Assembly (NCBI GenBank): GCA_026129095.1
Contig: JAHCIT010000010.1
Coordinates: 1-64,000, forward strand
Origin: Deltaproteobacteria bacterium
GTDB taxonomy: Bacteria; JAGRBM01; JAHCIT01
DNA length: 64,000 nt
Reading direction: 5' to 3'
The notes under the pieces were generated by a model. The model was not told the DNA's origin. It did no database searches and saw nothing but the letters and a program-made list of their open reading frames with translations. Position numbers and translations under genes: made by a program. Of the stretch, positions 57,636 through 64,000 are shown one piece after another (within the stretch, counting starts at the first letter, position 1; each line of letters opens with the position of its first letter).

Positions 57636-58880
57636 CTAATCCAGTTCTATTCGCGGTCCAGCACCGGTGGCGAGAGCAACCATGAGTGTGAGGTATTCTC
57701 TCAGGTGCCGGGTGATCAGGAAGTTGTCGCGAACGAACTTCCGGGCCGTCTTCCCCATTGAAGATGCCAGCTGGGGATGTCCCAGCAGGTAACGGATACG
57801 GATGGCCGCACCTTCCGGAGTGCTGACGAGGAAGCCAGTGTGGTGATTGATCACCTGGAGCCGGATTCCACCGGTGTCTCCGCCGATTACCGGTTTCCCT
57901 TTCCATAGCGCTTCCGTGACGGTGAGGCCGAACCCCTCACGGGTCGATTTCTGCAGGACGATATCGGAAGCCCGCTGGAGCGCGTTGATCGTCCGGTGTG
58001 CATCGGAAGGCAGCAGGAGAAGATGCAGGTCGGGGTCGTCTCCGGCGGCATTGCGGACTTCGTTCAGGACTGCGGCTCCCTCCGGGTCGTCGTCGGCACC
58101 GCCGCCGGCCAGTACGAGCTGAAGTCCCGGCACATAGCTTTTCGCCAGCCGGTAGGCGGCGATCACGCCGACCGGATCCTTAAAACGGTCAAAGCGGGAC
58201 ACTTGGGTGATGATCGGCCGGTTGCGATCGAGATTAAACCGTTCGCAGGTGGCGACGATTTCCGTCTCGGGCAGATCTGTGTTTTTCTCGCTCAGGGGAT
58301 CGATGCTGGGCGGAATCAGGTATTGGGGGTGCGGGAGTGATTGAGCGAAGTCGGCCAGCGAAAAAATACTGGCATCATAGTGGCCTACAATTTCACGCAA
58401 GTATTTCCAGACCGGCCGATGAGGACGGCTCGCATCGATATGACAGCGCCAGACCCATTTGCCTCGCCGGTTTGGACAATGCTCCAGGAGCCGTGCCGGC
58501 TGGGGATCATGGATGAAAACGATATCGGCTTCTTCAAGAACAGGACGCAAACGCTCGGCATTCCGGGCATTCGTTTCCTCATAGGAGCGGAGCAGTGAAT
58601 CCGGAATCGCAATGTGCTCACCCTGCAAGGCGTTATGAAAACTCTTGGTGCAGACGTAAAAGTCCGGATTGCCATCAATGACTTCCCAGGAAGCATCTAT
58701 TCCCAGTTCGTGCTTGAGAGGTATGAGCCGGTGAAGGATTTCGGCGACACCTCCTCCGGCGCGGGTGGAGTTGACGTGAACCACCTTGAGGCCTTTCAGA
58801 TGGCGGCCAAGCTGGCGAAGGTGGTTGATGACATCCGGACCGGTGGCCGGGAGATAGTCGTCGAGTTTCAGTATTCCCAT
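57636..58880 (-). CDS. treT: Trehalose glycosyltransferring synthase (GT4)
   Basis: HVNSTRAGGGVAEIL, IHDPQP, WRCHID, SRFDRFKD and EGFGLTVTEALWK motifs; ATG 58880. Confidence 0.93.
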   Translation of the reverse strand: MGILKLDDYLPATGPDVINHLRQLGRHLKGLKVVHVNSTRAGGGVAEILHRLIPLKHELGIDASWEVIDGNPDFYVCTKSFHNALQGEHIAIPDSLLRSYEETNARNAERLRPVLEEADIVFIHDPQPARLLEHCPNRRGKWVWRCHIDASRPHRPVWKYLREIVGHYDASIFSLADFAQSLPHPQYLIPPSIDPLSEKNTDLPETEIVATCERFNLDRNRPIITQVSRFDRFKDPVGVIAAYRLAKSYVPGLQLVLAGGGADDDPEGAAVLNEVRNAAGDDPDLHLLLLPSDAHRTINALQRASDIVLQKSTREGFGLTVTEALWKGKPVIGGDTGGIRLQVINHHTGFLVSTPEGAAIRIRYLLGHPQLASSMGKTARKFVRDNFLITRHLREYLTLMVALATGAGPRIELD

Positions 58881-58884
58881 GCCG

Positions 58885-59586
58885 TCACGCTCCTTTCCCG
58901 CCGAGATGACGTGCAAACAGTGAACCGAGACGGGAACGGAGTTCCGCGAGCGAGGCCAGGTACGGGTCGACACTTCGTATGTTCGTTCGAAGCTGGTCGT
59001 ACGCCGGGCCGAGACCTTCCAGCCAGACGCTGAAGTCATCCGTCTTGAGCGGCTCGCGGCGGCGGGCATCGATGAAATGGTAGTAAATGCTGCCAAGAGA
59101 CAGCTTTGGCATCAGGTCAATGAAGTCTTCCGGGCGGGCGGCTGAAAAGTGGGTGTCCAGAATCACAAGCTGTCCGCGGATGAAGTGGATCGCCTCCCCT
59201 GATTTCGCCCACGGCACATGCTCCATGCTGTCGAGCCGTTCCTCGATGATATCCACCAGTTCGCGGCGGAGTTCATCCAGGTCATGGAAGTCGGAGGGGT
59301 CAACGACTGCGAGCCGTTCGGCGAGCACGGCATCATGCAGGCCGTGCCGTGCCCAGACGGCGAAGTCGTTGCTGTATTCGGGGTCGTCGAACTGCGGACG
59401 GAGCAGTCCGCCCCAAAAATGATGGTAAATGCTCTCGGCATCCACCGTGAGCAGGTGGTCGCGGAACTCACGCAGGTTCTGGGCCCGCCGGCCGGTGGCG
59501 ATAGAGATCAACGCGCAATCCTTGATGGCAAAAGGGCGGTCCTGTGGACCGCCAGTGGCTGGAGTAGCCATGACGGAAGTCCTCAA
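58885..59586 (-). CDS. DUF5752 / OrfY-like TreT-associated protein
   Basis: Internal duplication SIYHHF...NDFAVW and SIYYHF...DDFSVW; lies directly upstream of treT; start possibly 59571. Confidence 0.8.
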   Translation of the reverse strand: MRTSVMATPATGGPQDRPFAIKDCALISIATGRRAQNLREFRDHLLTVDAESIYHHFWGGLLRPQFDDPEYSNDFAVWARHGLHDAVLAERLAVVDPSDFHDLDELRRELVDIIEERLDSMEHVPWAKSGEAIHFIRGQLVILDTHFSAARPEDFIDLMPKLSLGSIYYHFIDARRREPLKTDDFSVWLEGLGPAYDQLRTNIRSVDPYLASLAELRSRLGSLFARHLGGKGA

Positions 59587-59693
59587 ATTGGTCCTAAGGG
59601 TTGATAGTTATCCCCGCATATAAGCGGGGCGCTGATTGGCTGCCAGTATAGCTTGAATGGCACTTTTTCCCAAGGCGTGAAACGGCCGTCGCA

Positions 59694-61643
59694 CTACATC
59701 TCGATCTGGACGCCGACCTCGATCACGCGGGAGGGGGGCAGGCCAAAGTAGGCCATCGATTGCCGGGCTGCTCGTGAGATGAGTGAAAACAGCTTTTCAC
59801 GCCAGATGGCCATTCCCCTGCGCTTTGAAGGGATCAGCGTCTCCCGTCCGAGGACATAGGTAAGGTCCATTGGGTTCAGGCTGAGCCCATGATCCTTGCA
59901 CAGGGGAAGGATCAGCGGGATATTCGGTGACTGCATGAAACCGTACCGGATCAGCACGCGGTAGAACCCCTCGCCCAGTTCCTGGACCTCAATGCCCTCG
60001 CGGATGTTGGCAAACGGGGTTTCAAGGGTTTCGACTGTGAGCAGGACCACCCGCTCATGGACCACGCGGGAGTAGCGGAGCAGGTGGAGCAGCGAGTGGG
60101 GCACGCCGGCCGCGCTGCCGGTGAGATATACCGCCGTCCCCTTGACCCTCGGAATGCTGTTGTCATGGATGTCACGGAGCAGCACTTCCAGCGGGATATG
60201 CAGTTCGCGCAGCCGCTCACCCAGGATCTCCCGTCCGCGGCGCCAGGTGGTCATCACCGTGAATACGAGGGCGCCAACCAGAAGCGGAAGCCACCCACCC
60301 TCATGGACCTTGATGATGTTGGTGGAGAAAAACGCCAGATCTATGGACAGAAACAGAACGGTGACCGGAATCGCCGCCCAGGCGGGCCACTTCCAGAGGT
60401 GACGCATGAGGATGAATGCGAGCGTGGTGGTGATGACCATCGTAGTCGTCACGGCGACGCCGTAGGCATGCGCGAGCGAACTGGAGCTGCGGAACTCGAG
60501 CACAACGAGGATGGTCGCTGCCAGCAGCAGCCAGTTCACGACCGGGACATAGATCTGGCCGATTTCCTCGGAGGAGGTGTGGCGGATTTCGAGCCGGGGC
60601 AGGTATCCGAGCTGGACCGCCTGCCGTGTGATCGAGAAGACGCCGGAGATGAGCGCCTGCGAGGCGATGACAGTCGCCGTGCTGGCCAGCACGATCAGCG
60701 GATAGAGGAACCAGCGGGGCGCCAGCAGGTAAAAAGGGTTCCGGGCTGCCTCTGGATCGGTGAGCAGCAGGGCGCCCTGGCCAAAGTAGTTGGCAAGCAG
60801 GGCAGGGAATACAAGGCCATACCAGCCGATCCGGATCGGTTTTTTCCCGAAATGTCCCATGTCGGCATAGATCGACTCGCATCCGGTGACGGCCAGAAAC
60901 ACGAAGCCGAGGACCACGAATGCCTGGTGCCCATAATCCAGGAAAAACCGGACGGCATGGACCGGATTCACTGCCCCGAGGATCTGCGGCGCGGCCCCGA
61001 TGGCATTGACGCCGAGGCCGAACAGGGTGGCAAACCAGACCACGATGATCGGGCCGAATACCGATGCCACCTTTCCTGTACCGAACTTCTGCACAGAAAA
61101 GAGTCCGAACAGGATACAGATGGAAATGGGAACGACATATTGTCCAAGTCCGGGCGCGGCGATCTCGAGCCCCTCGACGGCGCTCATGACTGAAATGGCC
61201 GGGGTGATGAGCCCATCGCCGTACAGCAACGCTGCGCCGAAGATACCCACAGGAATGGCAAACCAGTGGAGGTGCCTGGCCGGAGACTCGCCGCGGGGAG
61301 GCGCAATCATTGCCATGAGCGACAGGATGCCGCCCTCGCCCTTGTTGTCGGCCCGGAGAATCAGAACGAGATACTTGACCGATACGATCAGCGTCAGGGC
61401 CCAGAAGATGAGTGAAACAACACCCATGACCGAGCCTTCACTCACCGGAACCGAATGGCTGCCGCTGAAGCATTCCCGGATGGCATAGAGGGGGCTTGTG
61501 CCGATGTCGCCGAATACGACGCCAAGGCTGCCGAGAACAAGGACACCAAGCCGGCCGTGGCCCGCCGGGGAACGTCCGGCTGTGCTGCCGGCTGAACTGG
61601 CGGCGTCCGGGCCTTGTGGGGGTGATGGGGGGGTGGAACTCAT
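59694..61643 (-). CDS. kup: KUP/HAK/KT potassium transporter
   Basis: GVVFGDIGTSPLY, ADNKGEGG, TPAISV, YADMGHFG and GQIYVP motifs. Confidence 0.97.
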   Translation of the reverse strand: MSSTPPSPPQGPDAASSAGSTAGRSPAGHGRLGVLVLGSLGVVFGDIGTSPLYAIRECFSGSHSVPVSEGSVMGVVSLIFWALTLIVSVKYLVLILRADNKGEGGILSLMAMIAPPRGESPARHLHWFAIPVGIFGAALLYGDGLITPAISVMSAVEGLEIAAPGLGQYVVPISICILFGLFSVQKFGTGKVASVFGPIIVVWFATLFGLGVNAIGAAPQILGAVNPVHAVRFFLDYGHQAFVVLGFVFLAVTGCESIYADMGHFGKKPIRIGWYGLVFPALLANYFGQGALLLTDPEAARNPFYLLAPRWFLYPLIVLASTATVIASQALISGVFSITRQAVQLGYLPRLEIRHTSSEEIGQIYVPVVNWLLLAATILVVLEFRSSSSLAHAYGVAVTTTMVITTTLAFILMRHLWKWPAWAAIPVTVLFLSIDLAFFSTNIIKVHEGGWLPLLVGALVFTVMTTWRRGREILGERLRELHIPLEVLLRDIHDNSIPRVKGTAVYLTGSAAGVPHSLLHLLRYSRVVHERVVLLTVETLETPFANIREGIEVQELGEGFYRVLIRYGFMQSPNIPLILPLCKDHGLSLNPMDLTYVLGRETLIPSKRRGMAIWREKLFSLISRAARQSMAYFGLPPSRVIEVGVQIEM

Positions 61644-61794
61644 GTGCTTGGCAAAAGGTGGAACGGGACGGCGGAAACCGGCGGAACCCTCCTGCCTTTA
61701 TGGATGTGCGTTAGCCAGCCCGTTCGGGTAGGGCAAGTTGGGTTCTGGCCCCGCTCTTTCCGAAACCTGCTGCTGCCGCTAGGCTCGGCCCCCT

Positions 61795-62568
61795 GTGTAC
61801 GGGACATACGATCTTTCCCAATTCCATCTGGCCGCGCTGATTGCCGCCGGTATCGCGTCCGGCTTCATCAATACCGTGGCCGGGGGCGGTTCCCTGCTCA
61901 CGCTCCCGGCGCTGATGCTGATCGGGCTTCCGGCGGACCTGGCCAACGGAACGAACCGCCTGTCGGTGCTGGCCCAGTCGGCTTCGACCGTGCATGGTTT
62001 CCACAGTGCCGGAAAGTTCGATACGAAAGCGGCGGTGGCGATACTGGGGCCCGCAGTCGCTGGTTCCCTTGCCGGCTCGGTGGCCGCAGCCTGGCTTCCC
62101 CCAGGAATCCTCAAACCCGCTCTGCTGGTTTCGATGGTGGCGATCACGGTCCTCGTTGTTGCCCGTCCCGACTGGATGACTCCGCCGGAGGATCAGCGGC
62201 CCTATACCGTGGCAGAGCGGCCGTCGGCGGTCTTCTGGCTGTTTGGTGTCGGAGTTTACGGCGGCTTCGTGCAGGGTGGGGTTGGCTTCCTGTCGCTGAT
62301 GCTGCTGTGCGGACTGCTTCGTTATGATCTTGTCCGTGCCCACGCGCTCAAGATTGCCATTTCTGGAGTATTCGGTGTCGTGCCACTGGCGGTGTTCCTG
62401 TTCGCCGGGCAGGTCCTCTGGATACCCGGGCTCATACTCGCCGCAGCGACCGTAGTGGGCTCGCGTCTGGGTGTCCGGTTCGCCATCGGTGCCAGCCAGC
62501 AGGCACTGAGATGGTTTCTGCTCGTCGCCGTCGTCGTGGCGACAGCGGCGGCGTTCATAAAAGGGTAG
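61795..62568 (+). CDS. TauE/SafE (TSUP) family membrane protein
   Basis: GFINTVAGGGSLLTLPAL, ANGTN and GVYGGFVQGGVG motifs. Confidence 0.9.
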   Translation: MYGTYDLSQFHLAALIAAGIASGFINTVAGGGSLLTLPALMLIGLPADLANGTNRLSVLAQSASTVHGFHSAGKFDTKAAVAILGPAVAGSLAGSVAAAWLPPGILKPALLVSMVAITVLVVARPDWMTPPEDQRPYTVAERPSAVFWLFGVGVYGGFVQGGVGFLSLMLLCGLLRYDLVRAHALKIAISGVFGVVPLAVFLFAGQVLWIPGLILAAATVVGSRLGVRFAIGASQQALRWFLLVAVVVATAAAFIKG

Positions 62569-64000
62569 TTACGCCCTTACCACTTCCACCGGTACACCGT
62601 TCAGGATGGCGTTGCCGACAATCGGTTCCAGCAGCCTGTCATCGGTGAGATCGTTGCAGCTCACCCCGGCAAATTCGCTGGCGACGCCAAGTTTGACACC
62701 TGGCCGTGCATGGCCCCATCCGTGGGGCAGACTCACGACTCCGGGCAGTATCTCGTCGGAAACAGCAATCTTCGTTGTGACTTCTCCCACGCGGCTTTTG
62801 ATACGGACACTGTCGTGATTCCTGAAACCGAGCCTTTCGGCATCGTCCGGGTGCATGATGAGATCGCACCGGACGCCGCCTTTCACCAGCGATCTGGCGT
62901 TGTGGGCCCAGGAGTTGTTAGTCCGCAGGTCACGGCGGCCAATCAGCAGCAGCTTGCCGTTGGGCTTCTGCCCGTTGGCCGCAGCGAGTTCACGCATCTG
63001 GCCTTCCAGGCGCCTGAGCTCGCCGAGCATCAGCTCGTGATCAAGGTGGATTTTCCGGTCCTTGCTCTGCAGCACCCGGTCGAGCGCGGGGCGAAGCGGC
63101 CCCAGATCTATTCCCTTGGGATTTTCCTCCAGCTTTTTCAGCGACAGGCCGCGCTTCCACGGCAGGAACTTGTCGCCATAGGGACCGGTGCGGAGCAGAA
63201 GATCCAGGATCGTTCGCGGAGTGGGCATCACCTTTGCCATCCGGGCGGCCCTTGCCGCCAGTTTTGCGGCCGGGTTTTTCGACTTTTTCTCGATGAGGCG
63301 CAGGTTTAGGTCAGTAAGGATATCCGATTCATGCATCGTGCCGGGTTCGGGCTCCAGCACCGGCGGGGAGTATTTCGTCGTATTCCGGACTGCGAACATA
63401 TGGAAAGCGAACTCGTAGTTGTCGTGCTCCAGTGACCACGTGGGCGGCAGGATAATGTGCGCGTGGCGGGTGGTTTCGTTGGTGTAGATGTCGAATGCCA
63501 CATAGAACTCAAGCTGGCTGAACGCCTTGTCGAGCTGGTTGCCATTCGGCGTGGAGAGCACCGGATTACCTGCGATCGTGACCATGCCGCGTATCTGCCC
63601 GTCACCGGGGGTGAGAATCTCCTCGGCGAGACAGGCGACCGGCAGTTCGCCGTTGAACTCCGGGACGCCACGTACCCGGCTCCGCCAGACGTCGCGGTGA
63701 CCCTGAAGCCCCAGACGCGGGGCGTTGGGGAGCAGATCCACCGCCGGATGGGTGAACATGGCACCGCCCTCGCGGTCCAGGTTACCTGTGACCAGATTGA
63801 GCGCATCCACCAGCCACGACGAAAGCGTGCCGAACTCGTGCAGACAGGTGCCGATGCGGCCGTAGCAGACGGCCGATGGCGCACCGGCGAAGTCCCGTGC
63901 GAGTTGCCGGATCTTTTCGGCGGGGAGGTCCAGCGCCGGAGCCACGGCTTCCGGCGTAAAAGGAACCGTTTTCGATCTCACGGCGTCAAGGCCGGTCGTC
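62569..64000 (-). CDS. Molybdopterin-dependent oxidoreductase, C-terminal part (5' end outside window)
   Basis: TGNLDREGG, AGNPVLSTP, DIYTNETTRHAHIILP, NNSWAHN, MHPDDA and PHGWGH motifs; frame open to the window edge. Confidence 0.9.
   Translation of the reverse strand, partial: TTGLDAVRSKTVPFTPEAVAPALDLPAEKIRQLARDFAGAPSAVCYGRIGTCLHEFGTLSSWLVDALNLVTGNLDREGGAMFTHPAVDLLPNAPRLGLQGHRDVWRSRVRGVPEFNGELPVACLAEEILTPGDGQIRGMVTIAGNPVLSTPNGNQLDKAFSQLEFYVAFDIYTNETTRHAHIILPPTWSLEHDNYEFAFHMFAVRNTTKYSPPVLEPEPGTMHESDILTDLNLRLIEKKSKNPAAKLAARAARMAKVMPTPRTILDLLLRTGPYGDKFLPWKRGLSLKKLEENPKGIDLGPLRPALDRVLQSKDRKIHLDHELMLGELRRLEGQMRELAAANGQKPNGKLLLIGRRDLRTNNSWAHNARSLVKGGVRCDLIMHPDDAERLGFRNHDSVRIKSRVGEVTTKIAVSDEILPGVVSLPHGWGHARPGVKLGVASEFAGVSCNDLTDDRLLEPIVGNAILNGVPVEVVRA

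Noticed and set aside
61644..61794. c-di-AMP (ydaO) riboswitch upstream of kup
   Set aside because: The conserved GAACCCGTCAGCTAAC-type core was not found on the minus strand.
1..64000. CRISPR array, cas genes, rRNA, reverse transcriptase or prophage genes
   Set aside because: No regularly spaced repeat-spacer units and no such coding motifs were seen.

Overview
GC-rich bacterial chromosome segment whose gene content (DUF4388-type response regulator, Ser/Thr kinase-FGE fusion, two Lon paralogs) suggests a deltaproteobacterial or Myxococcota-like organism; that taxon is an inference. Positions ~1-11664 look like the right end of a genomic island. They carry a MerR-TPR regulator operon, a monooxygenase remnant, a TetR-MMPL-LolA-like-outer-membrane-barrel operon, a broken IS transposase and an AbiEi/AbiEii pair. 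They end in a duplicated 3' half of a CAT-anticodon tRNA (att site) with candidate arm and IHF sites. The rest is mostly core genome: lipid catabolism genes, rfbB, a pseudo-rhomboid / pseudokinase-FGE / binding-protein run, an ECF sigma module, rsmA-tsaD, ffh, clpP-clpX-lon, cls, an LpoA-like gene, a second lon, a transmembrane receiver-DUF4388-TPR protein, thiL, methyltransferase-wzt-wzm, a two-component system with a stand-alone E2 domain, a kup-DUF5752-treT-otsB-otsA osmoprotection cluster, TauE and a truncated molybdopterin oxidoreductase. The best novelty candidates are the paired pseudo-enzymes (19805-22958), the transmembrane response regulator (40310-43405), two extensively base-paired intergenic regions (12363-12488 and 50220-50393) and the island-borne lipid-handling systems. 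No CRISPR array, rRNA or intact tRNA was seen. All family calls are from visual motif recognition, not database searches.
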